Positions 36,610 to 50,200 of a stretch of 64,000 nt of DNA are shown piece by piece. Below the pieces are notes generated by a model. It was not told the origin of the DNA. It did no database searches and saw only the letters and a list, made by a program, of their open reading frames with translations. The stretch is from Eledone cirrhosa (lineage: Eukaryota), in contig OZ024741.1 in the NCBI GenBank assembly GCA_964016885.1, forward strand, positions 61,752,001 to 61,816,000, in the 5' to 3' direction. Numbering within the stretch: the stretch's first letter is position 1; every line of letters begins with the position of its first letter. The position numbers and the translations under genes are program-made.

Positions 36610-36990
36610 ATGCATGACAAGGTCACTTCAGAAGCTCTCTACATTCTAGAACCACATCATGAAACTTATGACTGGCAAGCGGCTCAGCGACCATATCCGT
36701 ATCAGTGAGCTGCTCAACATTACCAAACTTAGACCAATTATATCAATTGCCAAGTCAAGAGTACTCAAATTATACGGCCATATAAAAAGATCAACTCATG
36801 GTGTGAGTAGGTTATGCCTGGAAGGAAGGTTGGCTGGTAAGAGAAGCAGAGGCCAGCAGCCAAAATGATGGCTTGACAATGTCAATTCATGAACTGGACT
36901 TGATCTTTGAACTCTGCTGCTGGTGATCGAAATTTGTGGAAAGAGATATCACATGTTAATGCGCAGTCTGCAACTGGCAGAGTTTAGAGT
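36610..36990 (+). mobile_element. Decayed RTE-like LINE C-terminal fragment
   Basis: KSRVLKLYGHIKRS...LEGRLAGKRSRGQQPK*WLDNV...DRNLWK. Confidence 0.75.
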
Positions 36991-37399
36991 CACAAGAAAA
37001 AAAATAGACATGCACATGCACACCTTTTAGTTGAATAGTAAATTGTTAGACATTGTATTCAATATTTAATCATCATCATCATCATTTTAGGTCCACTTTC
37101 CATGCTGTCATACATTGGACAGGTTGTCACAGTTCAAGACTAGACAAGTTGAAGTGACCTCATATGTTCCATAATCATTTCTATTCAGAAGATGTGGATA
37201 CTTTTGTTAATGAAGTCACAGAAGAAATGCTTACAGTGGATTTTAATGATCTTGAGAAAGTACTTAATGCATGGTGGGCAAGCAGAAATGTGGGGTGTTC
37301 TGAATCGACTTCACTAGTGGGTTCCTACATGTGGGGATGGGTAACCTTAAATGTTGTTTTGTTTTATAGCATATCATGTGTTAATTATTGTGTTTTATA

Positions 37400-37655
37400 A
37401 TAAGGCCTGAGGCTTTGAGATAGGATGTTTGCGAGTTTGATTCCCGGTGGTGCATTATGTCCTTCAGCAAGACACTTTATTTCATATTGCTCCAGTCCAC
37501 TCAGTCGGTGAAAATGAGTTGTACCTGTAGTCTGTGTCACACTGAATCTCCCTGAGAACTATGTTAAGGGTCTGTGGAATGCTCAGCCACTTGCATGTTA
37601 ATTTCATGTTCTGTTGATCAGATCAATTGGAACATTCATCATAACCAACGGAATG
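37400..37655 (+). mobile_element. Decayed tRNA-derived CORE-like SINE with a different 3' body
   Basis: GAGTTTGATTCCC, TGTCCTTCAGCAAGACACTTTATTTCATATTGCTCCAG; body recurs inverted at about 45660-45815. Confidence 0.7.
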
Positions 37656-37844
37656 CCACAGATAATAACTTGATATTTATATCATGTTTTATCAAATTCA
37701 TTTGTTTATTATATAATGTCCTTGCTCTACACTTTTATATAACTTTGTCCAGCCCTATATGTAATTTAACCCCTGTGTTTATGTTTACTATATTTCTATA
37801 TGCAAGCTCTTGTGGCAAATCAAAAAATTGTTATTATTATCATT

Positions 37845-38450
37845 AGGGCGGGGTAATTGCTGGCTTTGTGTCAAAAGTAGAAGCAATTATCATTAGGGCG
37901 GGGATTTAGAGTGTCAATAGAGCATTGGACAACATGCTTAGCAGCATATAGGTACATCTCTTTACATTCTGAGTTCAAATCCCACTGAGGTTAGCTTTGC
38001 CTTTCATCCTTATGGGGGCGATAAAATAAAGCATCAGTAATGCACTGGGGTTGATTTAATCGACTTTCCCCTCCCCTAAAAGCATTGACCTTGTGCCTAA
38101 CTCAGAAACCATTACTATTATTTTGTTATTAAATTTGCCTTTCATCTTTGCAGGGTCAATAAAATAAAGTTCCAGCCAAGTACAAGGATTCATTTAATTG
38201 ACTTTCCTGTCCCCACAACTACTAGCCTTGTGCCTAAAGTAAAACTCATCATTATTATTATTATTATTATGTAAACCAGACACTGGTGGATTGGCAGTAT
38301 CAGTAGAGGGTCGGACGCCCTTGCCATTCTGAGTTCAAATCCCGCCGAGGTTAACTTTGCCTTTCATCCTTACAGGGTCGATAAAATAAAGTACCAGTAA
38401 TGCACTGGGTAATTGCTGGCCTTGTACCAAAAAGTAGAAACAATTATTAT
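37845..38450 (+). mobile_element. Cluster of three to four Meta-like SINE copies and fragments with (ATT)n tails
   Basis: TTTGCCTTTCATC..GG.CRATAAAATAAAG at about 37995, 38133 and 38355; B boxes GAGTTCAAATCCC at 37971 and 38331. Confidence 0.85.
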
Positions 38451-39629
38451 GTAAACCAGACAATTTTTCTCTATAAGATGATGTAACACTCCATTTTGAA
38501 ATATATACAGTAAATAACAAGCATCCAACTAATATCAAATATAGAATATAGAATTCTACCATAATTTCTAAGATGTTTCACAATCCAGATGAACATTGGG
38601 AAGCTAACACACAGGTCCTTTGTCTTTCAAACAACAGAAGAGAAAGCAAAAGAAGAAGAAGAAGAAGAAGAAGAAGAAACAAGATAGATATATTAAAGCA
38701 GTAGCTAGCTCGTGAGACATGACTACATTAATTTCAATGCATTACTTGAGAAGAGAAATTTTAACTATAGCAACGTTAATTAACTCGATGAACCATTTAC
38801 TGTATAGTAGTGAAGATAATAAGCCATGACTGAATCACATTGCATATTGTTATTATCTCATAGGAAGTTGATGATAAACTACAGCTCTTTAAAGTGTAAA
38901 AGAACTACAGCAGCTGTCAGTTCTCAAACACTGTCAGAAAGTACTAAAGTATACTAGATCCAATAGACACTAGAAGTTGCTGGCCACAATACACAGATAT
39001 CTTACAGAGATACAACTGTCAATGGAACATGAGTGAAGAGAAAGTAGAACCTGACAAGTGAATAGTAACCATTGTATGCTATTATTTCCCTGAAGGCACA
39101 TCAAGAACAGTAACTCTGTCAATTGATATTGAACAACATTAGATTTCAACAAATATTTTTCTCATTTTTCCTCTCCTTTCCTTTGTCCAAGAAGTTATCC
39201 AAAATGTTTCACTATTTAACATGAGATAGCAATTAGCCTAAAAAGAAAAGACACAAGCCAAGCCATTGGTATTTCCATTGCTGATATAAAAGCTGTATTA
39301 TTCATAACTAAACTAAAGCCTAGGGGCTCCACAGGGAATTGAACTCATGACCTTGCGATCATGAGCCAAACATTCTAAATACTAAGACATGTGCCTTCAC
39401 AAAGATATATAGATATATCAATACGCTTTTGTGTTGAAAGATACAAAACAATCTCTCTGGTATTGGTGCCATGAAACCATACACCCAGTATGCACTGTAA
39501 AATGATTAGTAAATGAGTGGAGACAACATAGGTTTGAGATGACCCTTTTATCTTGTCATGAAATACAGCATGAAATAAAGATTGCTCAAGAACACAATGT
39601 ACTGGCTATTTCAAGGACGAAACCCACAA

Positions 39630-39670
<41 letters not shown>

Positions 39671-40111
39671 GAAGTTATAGTGAGCTAGTTCACTATTTTC
39701 ATTGGTAAGATAAGTTAAGTTCAATGCCCTCTTTTAGCCTTATTTCACAAAAATGCTTGGTATAACTAATTGACAAGTTAAATGTGTTTGAACATATGTA
39801 TGAAGAACACACATAACCTTTTATTTTGCATGTCCAGTAACTATGTTCACAAGCCTACTCTCCTGCTTATGTACTATGAATCTTGTGTAATTCTTGATAT
39901 TTTGCCTTTTGATGTTAAACAAATTATTGTTTTATTGTATTTCCTGAAGAGATATGGCTTGGAGTAAAGCACCTATGGTGGAGTTAATTAACTGATAATT
40001 TTCGATTGTTAATTTCGATTGATAATTCTGGTTGCATTGAAACATTCATAGATGTATAAATAAACAACAATATTATTAATCCTTGGTCTTACTGAATTTT
40101 GAATTATATAT

Positions 40112-40470
40112 ATATCATCATCATTTAACGTCTATCTTCCACGCTAGCATGGGTTAGATGGGAGTTGTCCCACTTGAGGCAAGATTGGTTGAGTGGCCAT
40201 GTCTCACTCGTATAAGACTATCTGGCAGGTTTTCTATGGCTGGAAGCCCTTCCTAACACCAACCACATTTACAGTGTGGACTGGGAGCTTTTTACCGTGT
40301 TACCTACACAACCACATTACAGCGTGGACTATGTATTTTTTTGTCGTGACACCTACACAACCTCATTAGTTTGGACTGGATGTTGTGGTACCAACATAAC
40401 TTTATAGAGAAAGGGTGGTGATGGTGGGGGTGGGAGGATGGAGTAGGGGTAGTGGGTTGGGGTGTATGTT
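40112..40470 (-). mobile_element. RTE family A 3'UTR fragment
   Basis: Similar to 25071-25430; (CAT)n at the left end. Confidence 0.85.
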
Positions 40471-41708
40471 TATATGTATATGTGTCTGTAACTCTAAGAT
40501 TTACACACACATACAATGCATTTCTTATATCAGTCAATAGGAAGTTCACTTTCTTATCACAAGGTCCTGGGTTCTAACCATCCACTTGTCCCTGTAGATA
40601 GTTATTTCTTCAAAGTTACTCATAGATTTAATCCCGTATGTCACTTGTACTTATATGCTGAACATTGATGTAATTATATCTTAGAAATATATCATTAAAA
40701 TATAATTTGTATCTTTAATCACTGCCACATGTCAGTAATCAACAGATCATTAGTCCACAAGTTTTATATACATGTGATGTTGTAGGTCTAGCAGGCAGCA
40801 TACAAGACTGTATCACATAGATTTCTTGGGTGTTTTAATAATAGGGATCCCAATCCTATCATGGACAGCAACATGAAATAAAACATCTTTTTCAAGAACA
40901 CTGCAATGCCCAGTTCAGGAATCGAACTCAAAATCTTACAATTGAGAGTCAAACACTCTAATCATTAAGATATGTCCCTGGTGAGTAAAGTACATGCCAA
41001 TTAGTCAGGTAAAGTTTTTGCCAAGAACAAAACTTTGAAGAGTGCAGAAGTTGAAAGCATTTGGAAGAGACAGAATACTTGAAATCTTAGCTGTAGAATT
41101 CAGTTATCAAAGAGCATGGCCTTTCCAAATTTCACTTGCATTTTAATTATCTCTGGCATTGATGAAAGGAATTTCAACAGCATTTATTTTGGCTGAATTG
41201 GAATGGAATATGAGAAAGGTAAGGTAAACCCCATTGAATATAAGGTGAGTAGGATGGGAAAAACAGAGTGTGTGAAGAACACAGAGAGAAAGAGAGGAAA
41301 AGAGAGACAGACATTCAGAGAACGAGAGCAGTAGAGAGACAGGCAGACAGATGGAAAGACAAAGAGTGTGAGAAAATGAAAGACAGTCAGACAAGAGAAA
41401 AGGAGAGAGAGCGTTAGCTGGAATGGCTGAAATAAAAAGCTATTTGAATGACGACTAAAAGAATGAAATGAGGGATGACATTAGTTACTGGGAGACAGAA
41501 GGAACTATAGAATGGTTAATATATTCTCTTATTCTTTTAAGTTTCAGTTATTGGATTGCAGCAATTATTTAGAAGGGATTTAGTCGATCATATCAACTCT
41601 AATACATATATTTTCAAACCTAGGACTTATTTAATCGATCTCACTTTTGTTTAACTTAAGTTAGAGGACATGAACATGGACACAAACATAAAGACAGATA
41701 AATGTGCA

Positions 41709-41740
<32 letters not shown>

Positions 41741-42446
41741 ATGCTTTAGTAGCTGTTAACATTTCAGTACCCTCTACAATAATGGAGGTCACTCCCCATC
41801 CCACTCATCACCATGCCAAATCTCACCATGACAACATGCCCTCTTCCCACCATAGGGTAGTGAGGGCTTTACTTTTGAAGCAATGAATAACAACTTCTGT
41901 AGTGCTGCTTTTATTAAAAATGTACTCAGTACACCCTGTAAGGTAGTTGGCAACAGGAAGTGCATCCTACTGTAGAAACAAAGCCAAAAGATTCGAGAGG
42001 ATATCATCAGTTGTGTTAACGATATGACAACCTCTCTAGTGTTGGTGATCTACATGATAATATCACTAACCACTTTCTGTAAAGTGGTTAGTGATAGAAA
42101 GGACATAAAGCACAGAAAACCTGCCAAACAAAGGTTCGAGAAAATTCTTTAGATGTGTAAACGACATGACAACCCTTTTAGTGCTGGTGCCACAATAAAA
42201 TGCATATTGTGAACTTTAAATGACAATGATAATGATTATATATATATATATATTATCATCATCATCGTTATATATCATCATCACCGTTTTACGTCCGTTC
42301 TTCCACGCTAGCATGGGTTAGACGGTGATATATATATATATATATATAGTTCAAAATAACAAACAAACAAATAGAGAAGTAAATGGTATATGGTGTTATT
42401 AGCTCCACACTTGGTGAGTGTGCGTGTGTGGGGGGTTCTTATATGT

Positions 42447-42504
<58 letters not shown>

Positions 42505-42506
<2 letters not shown>

Positions 42507-42770
42507 GTTGTTTCCTTGAGGAAGACACTTTATTTCACATTGCTCCAGTTTACTCAGCTGTAGAAATGTGATGATAGGGACTGGGGTCCATATCATTCCA
42601 CTGCAAAGTGGTCGTGGAGGTGCCACAGCAAAAAAGCACCCAGCACTCACTGTAGATGAGGTTGGTGTTAGGAAGGGCATCCGGCTGTAGAAATCAAGCC
42701 AGAATCAGTTCCCGTCCCACCCTTGCAAGCAGGGAAAAGCGGACGTAAAATGAAATGAAATGATGAATGA
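42505..42770 (+). mobile_element. 5'-truncated CORE-like SINE with RTE tail
   Basis: Reverse complement of 9494-9750; preceded by (TA)n. Confidence 0.87.
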
Positions 42771-43159
42771 ATACACTATAAATGAGAATGTATGTGTGTA
42801 TATTTATATGTTTCTCAAAGACTCTGAAGTGGTGTATCCTAGAGAAAAACGATTTTCATTTTCGTAATCTGCATCCCAAGGAGAATGTTTTAGCATTGTT
42901 AGTTATCAAAAAATGTAATTGTTACATGATATAAATCAACTTCAAATCGCCAATATAGAATATCATTAGAATCCACAACTGTCAGAATTCCTCTCTATAT
43001 ATATTTATCTGTCTCTCTGCATTTTATACTTTTACCCTCTGTATATATCTTTACCACACTCTCTCACTCTCTTTCTATATCTTCTATGGTGGGAGGGTAG
43101 TAGTGGTGATGGTGGTAGTAATAGTTGTAGTAGTAGTAGTGGTGGTGGTAGTGGCAGTA

Positions 43160-44445
43160 CACACCCATGGCAGATTTTAACACCCACATTGAATGGTTTT
43201 GACTTAGCACCATTTATCCAAACAAAGACATCATGGCAACAAGAGGTTGCCACTGATTCCATACTCCTGCAGATGTGGCCATATACCTTTTCGAAGTCTA
43301 TGAAACAAGCATACACCTCTTGGCAGATCTCCTACAACTTCTCAAAGACCTGCCACAGAGTGACTGTTTGGTCAGATGTTCTGCATCTGGTGTGAAAACA
43401 ACACTGTTCATCAGCTAGCTTGGACTTAACAATATCCTTACATCTTGCCAGCCACTTAGCATAGACTTTACCAAGGAGGCTTCACAAGAAGATTCCTCTA
43501 TAATTGAAACAATCTCTCTTGTCTCCCTTTTTGAAAATTAGGATTATCACTCCTGATTGCCATTGTTTAGGTACCTTTCCAGAGATCCAAGCCACCTGAC
43601 ACACATGACAGCCAGACGATGCCTTCACTATTCAAGGCTTTTAACTTCTCGGGCAGACATCCATGCCACATTTGCATTCCTGTATGTTCAGCTGAAACTG
43701 CAAGTATTGTGGGCTTTCCTGATTTTAGGTAGTTTCAGATTGCAGATAACTAGATTGTGACCAGTTAACACCCCAGACACTCTCTTAACACATACATCCA
43801 GCAGAGAATCAAAGAGATTAGATACAATAACAAAATCAAATATTGATCTCAGTCCCCTATTCCTTTTATACCATGTGTCTTTATGAATGACCTTGTGCTG
43901 GAAGAAGGTGTTCATAACAGAGAACCAATTACTAGAACAAAAGTCTAGTAAGGCATCTTTTCTGGTGCCACACCTGAATAATGCAGTTTCTGTCCTCCAT
44001 CCAAATCTACAGTACCAGAGCCACAAAACTTTGTTAAGGAAACTCTGACTATATTTAGCTGATAGAATCTGGTGTCCCCCACTACTTCCTGCTCCTTGGC
44101 TGTAAGGGTTGTAACATTCCAGTAATCAATTGTCAAAATTTTCTCCTTTCTGAATCCTCTTTGGGATCTCGAGATACATAAACTTCATGCTTCCATCCCT
44201 TGCCTCCCAGATCAAGTTGTAGGCTCATCACAAGTTTTGCAGCATTAAGTGGAGACTGCAATATATTTTTCAAAGAAGCCCCCTCCCATTGTGCCATCTC
44301 TGCTAGTAAATTACTACCGTTGGTCTGTGGTTGCTTATTTGTTTGGCAGGATCCCACTATATTGCAACTAATCATCATATCTGGCGGTCGTATTGCTATC
44401 CACCACCTGCAACCATTCTCTAGCAGAATGGCTCTGCTGTGAAAG
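43160..44445 (-). mobile_element. Highly decayed RTE-like LINE (5'UTR, EN and RT fragments, internally deleted)
   Basis: Minus ORFs WNVTTL..KEQEVV (EN start), LLDFCSSN..VMNTFFQHK..SIFDFVIV (EN) and YACFIDFEKVY (RT). Confidence 0.8.
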
Positions 44446-45659
44446 CATAATATATTGATTAAAAAAAAAAATGTTGAATGTTGATCTGTTGTCCATGAGA
44501 TATGTCATAAAATCAAAATATTTTTGCCAAAAGTAGGGGGTTGAGTTTTATACAATTGATTAACTTTTACACAAGTATATATGGTACATTTATTGTAATT
44601 GAAAATGCATTGAAAATTATCAATGAAAGATTTGCCAAATATCTTCTCCCACTAGTAATCTCCATGAAAACCTGTATTTCTTTGAATTAAGTTAAGACAA
44701 GTTAAATGTCAGCTAATGGTGTCATAGGGAACCAAATTTTATAGCAGTGCTACACAAAAATGCAGCCTCTGTTTTATGAAATTTAATCCGGTTCTTTTGT
44801 TGGATGGCAAGAATCTAATTATTCTCTGAGCAGGAAATGTAGCCATTAATGGAGATTTCAGGCAATTTATCAAATTTTCAATAGAGAGAAGTAGAAAGAG
44901 AAATAGATAGAGATAAGGATAGTGGAGTTGTTTGTCTATATAACAATTGGTCTTCTATCTTCTTTCTCTTTCCCTTCCTTCTTTCTGTCTTTTACTTCTT
45001 TCTCCTTTTATTCCTTGTTTCTCCTCATCCTTCTTCACTTATGTATTTTTATTCTTCTTTCTCCTTTTTTTCCTTCGCCTTCTCTTTTCCCTTCTTTACC
45101 CTCTTCTTCTTTAGATGATGTGATGTTGAAATCGGACTTGATAGGCATCATTACCTGAGATGACCCTATATTAATTCCATCCATTTTTACTTTAGAATTA
45201 GCTGAACTGAATAGAAACAGTGAATTAAATCAGTGGTGTGTTTAAACTAGTTGGTTGCCTGGCCAGTTAGTGGGAGGAAAACACACATACATACACAAAA
45301 AAAGAGAGGTCTCTTTCTTTGTAGCTGACTGATGAAGGTCCAGTGAGTGTATGTATGTATGTATGTACAAGTAGCAGTACTAATGTTGGTTTAACTTATG
45401 CCAGAGATGACATCAGTGGACTTTATGGCCTTTGAATATCTCATTATGGGTTTTATTTATTATAGATAAAACTGAAAGTAAATCTGAAAGGGAGAGATAT
45501 AATATATCTTATACGACCTGAAATGCTACAGCAAGCATATGTTCATGGCTGCACATCAATAAAGAAATGCCTGCGATGAATACAAAAATGATACAGTAAA
45601 ACTAATCAACTGTTATCTTACTTAGTGCCATTAACGTAATGGCAATAAGTGTTCACCAA

Positions 45660-45985
45660 TGAGTGTTCTCATTGCTTGATCAATGGAACAACCTCCTCAA
45701 GAAATTAGCATGAAAGTAGCTGAACATTACACAGACGTGTAAACTTAATATAATTCCCAGGGAGATTCAATATGACACAATGTTTGACAAGACTGATACT
45801 TTGAATTAAAGGTACAGAATATCTAACGGGCTTCCTAATAGCTACTGTCTATCCGGTTTCACTGAGAAAGATATGAGTCAACCTGAGGTGACAGTAAATA
45901 ACACTTGCACATGATGCCATTCTGTGGGATCGAACATTGACCTATTGATTGTAAAGCAAGCCTGTTAACCATTCAGCCATTCTGC
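45660..45985 (-). mobile_element. Decayed SINE remnants directly abutting the satellite start
   Basis: Minus strand TGGCTGAATGG (A box-like) and GTTCGATCCC (B box); body similar to 37530-37640. Confidence 0.6.
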
Positions 45986-46282
45986 ATTGACTGTGCCATT
46001 AATATTCTATAGATGTGATATTGACATATGACTATAGACAGTGTCATAAATATTCTATAGATGTGATATTGACATATGACTATCCACAGTGTCATTAATA
46101 TTCTATAGATGTGATATTGACATATGACTATCCACAGTGTCATTAATATTCTATAGATGTGATATTGACATATGACTATCCACAGTGTCATTAATATTCT
46201 ATAGATGTGATATTGACATATGACTATCCACAGTGTCATTAATATTCTATAGATGTGATATTTACATATGACTATCCACAGT

Positions 46283-47250
46283 CCAATCTCTGGGAGGGCT
46301 CTGTAGAAACAGTAGACAGCTTCTGCTACCTAGGTGACCGAATTAGCAGCGGAGGTGGGTGTTCAGAAAGTACAATAACTAGGGTAAGAACGGGATCGAT
46401 GAAGTTTAGGGAACTACTACCACTGCTAGCTGCAAAAAGCTTCTCCCTCAGAATGAAAGGCAGACTGTATGATGCGGGTATCCGAACAACAATGTTACAT
46501 GGTAGTGAGACCTGTGCGCTGAAGGTGGAAGACTTACGTAGATTAGAGAGAAACGAAGCCTGCATGCTCCGATGGATGTGTAATAGTAATATACGTGAAC
46601 GACAAAGCATAAATGAATTGAGAGAGAGACTGAGCATAAGAGGAATCAAATGCTGTGTGCAGGAGAGGCGGTTGCGCTGGTATGGACATGTGATGCGTAT
46701 GAAGGATGACAGCTGCATAAAAAGGTGCAGAGCACTAGAAGATGATGGAAACCGCGGAGTGGGGAGACCCAAGATGACCTGGGATGAGGTGATAAAAGCC
46801 GACCTTACCCAATTACACCTCTCAAAGGCAATGACACACGACCGTGACCTCTGGCGTCACGCAGCAAAACAGAGTACCCGACCTCCCATGGGTACAAGCT
46901 GAAGCATATAGACAATATGCCCCCACAACCCCCACCGCAAGATGGTCGTGGAGGTGCCACGGCAAAAAAGCACCCAGCCCACGCTGTAAAGTGGACGTGT
47001 AGGCGCCACGAAAAAGCACCCAGCACTCACTGTAAAGTGGACGTGTAAGCGCCACAAGGAAAGCACCCAGCACTCACTGTAAATGAGGTTGGTGTTAGGA
47101 AGGGAATCCAGCTGTAGAAATCAAGCCAAATCAGTTCCTGTATGAGCAAGGCATGGTCGGCCGACCAGACACTGCCCACAAGAGGACAACCCGTCTAACC
47201 CATGCTAGCGTGGAAAAACGGACGTAAAACGGTGATGATGATGATGATGA
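46283..47250 (+). mobile_element. 968-bp 5'-truncated RTE family B insertion in satellite, copy 1
   Basis: Homologous to 20956-21830; flanked by duplicated (A)CAGT; (GAT)n tail. Confidence 0.97.
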
Positions 47251-50200
47251 CAGTGTCATTAATATTCTATAGATGTGATATTGACATATGACTATAGACA
47301 GTGTCATTAATATTCTATAGATGTGATATTGACATATGACTATAGACAGTGTCATTAATATTCTATAGATGTGATATTGACATATGACTATCCACAGTGC
47401 CATTAATATTCTATAGATGTGATATTGACATATGACTATCCACAGTGTCATTAATATTCTATAGATGTGATATTGACATATGACTATCCACAGTGCCATT
47501 AATATTCTATAGATGTAATATTGACATATGACTATAGACAGTGTCATTAATATTCTATAGATGTGATATTGACATATGACTATAGACAGTGCCATTAATA
47601 TTCTATAGATGTGATATTGACATATGACTATAGACTGTATCATTAATATTCTATAGATGTGATATTGACATATGACTATCCACAGTGTCATTAATATTCT
47701 ATAGATGTGATATTGACATATGACTATAGACAGTGTCATTAATATTCTATAGATGTGATATTGACATATGACTATCCACAGTGCCATTAATATTCTATAG
47801 ATGTGATATTGACATATGACTATCCACAGTGTCATTAATATTCTATAGATGTGATATTGACATATGGCTATAGACAGTGTCATTAATATTCTATAGATGT
47901 GATATTGACATATGACTATCCACAGTGCCTTTAACATTCTATAGATGTGATATTGATATATGGCTATCCACAGTGTCATTAATATTCTATAGATGTGATA
48001 TTGACATATGACTATCCCCAGTGTCATTAATATTCTATAGATGTGATATTGACATATGGCTATAGACAGTGTCATTAATATTCTATAGATGTGATATTGA
48101 CATATGACTATCCACAGTGCCTTTAATATTCTATAGATGTGATGTTGATATATGGCTATCCACAGTGTCATTAATATTCTATAGATGTGATATTGACATA
48201 TGACTATCCACAGTGCCTTTAATATTCTATAGATGTGATATTGATATATGGCTATCCACAGTGTCATTAATATTCTATAGATGTGATATTGACATATGAC
48301 TATCCCCAGTGTCATTAATATTCTATAGATGTGATATTGACACATGACTATCCACAGTGTCATTAATATTCTATAGATGTGATATTGACATATGACTATA
48401 GACAGTGTCATTAATATTCTATAGATGTGATATTGACATATGACTATCCACAGTGTCATTAATATTCTATAGATGTGATATTGACATATGACTATCCACA
48501 GTGCCATTAATATTCTATAGATGTGATATTGACATATGACTATAGACAGTGCCATTAATATTCTATAGATGTGATATTGACATATGACTATAGACTGTAT
48601 AATTAATATTCTATAGATGTGATATTGACATATGACTATCCACAGTGTCATTAATATTCTATAGATGTGATATTGACATATGACTATAGACAGTGTCATT
48701 AATGTTCTATAGATGTGATATTGACATATGACTATCCACAGTGCCATTAATATTCTATAGATGTGATATTGACATATGACTATCCACAGTGTCATTAATA
48801 TTCTATAGATGTGATATTGACATTTGGCTATAGACAGTGTCATTAATATTCTATAGATGTGATATTGACATATGACTATCCACAGTGCCTTTAATATTCT
48901 ATAGATGTGATATTGATATATGGCTATCCACAGTGTCATTAATATTCTATAGATGTGATATTGACATATGACTATCCCCAGTGTCATTAATATTCTATAG
49001 ATGTGATATTGACATATGACTATCCACAGTGTCATTAATATTCTATAGATGTGATATTGACACATGACTATCCACAGTGTCATTAATATTCTATAGATGT
49101 GATATTGACATATGACTATAGACAGTGTCATTAATATTCTATAGATGTGATATTGACATATGACAATCCACAGTGCCTTAAATATTCTATAGATGTGATA
49201 TTGACATATGGCTATCCACAGTGCCTTAAATATTCTATATATGTGATATTGACATATGACTATCCGCAGTGTCATTAATATTCTATAGATGTGATATTGA
49301 CATATGACTATCCACAGTGCCATTTATATTCTATAGATGTCATATTGACATATGACTATCCACAGTGTCATTAATATTCTATAGATGTGATATTGATATA
49401 TGACTATCCACAGTGTCATTAATATTCTATAGATGTGATATTGACATATGCCTATCCACAGTGTCATTAATATTCTATAGATGTGATATTGACATATGAC
49501 TATAGACAGTGTCATTAATATTCTATAGATGTGATATTGACATATGACTATAGACAGTGTCATTAATATTCTATAGATGTGATATTGACATATGACTATA
49601 GACAGTGTCATTAATATTCTATAGATGTGATATTGACGTATGACTATCCACAGTGTCATTAATATTCTATAGATGTGATATTGACATATGACTATAGACA
49701 GTGTCATTAATATTCTATAGATGTGATATTGACATATGACTATCCACAGTGTTATTAATATTCTATAGATGTGATATTGACATATGACTATAGACAGTGT
49801 CATTAATATTCTATAGCTGTCATATTGACATATGACTATAGACTGTGTCATTAATATTCTATAGATGTGATATTGACATATGCCTATCCACAGTGCCATT
49901 AATATTCTATAGATGTGATATTGACATATGACTATAGACTGTGTCATTAATATTCTATAGATGTGATATTGACATATGCCTATCCACAGTGTCATTAATA
50001 TTCTATAGATGTGATATTGACATATGCCTATCCACAGTGTCATTAATATTCTATAGATGTGATATTGACATATGACTATCCACAGTGTCATTAATATTCT
50101 ATAGATGTGATATTGACATATGACTATAGACTGTGTCATTAATATTCTATAGATGTGATATTGACGTATGACTATAGACAGTGTCATTAATATTCTATAG

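Noticed and set aside
46082-46140. RSS/Transib heptamer CACAGTG in the satellite monomer (also at 23240)
   Set aside because: No ACAAAAACC-like nonamer at 12 or 23 bp spacing and no transposase in the window.
46255-46902. 215-aa ORF (three copies) as a host gene
   Set aside because: C-terminal fragment of the RTE ORF with a fortuitous GTG start in the satellite; lacks the RT core.
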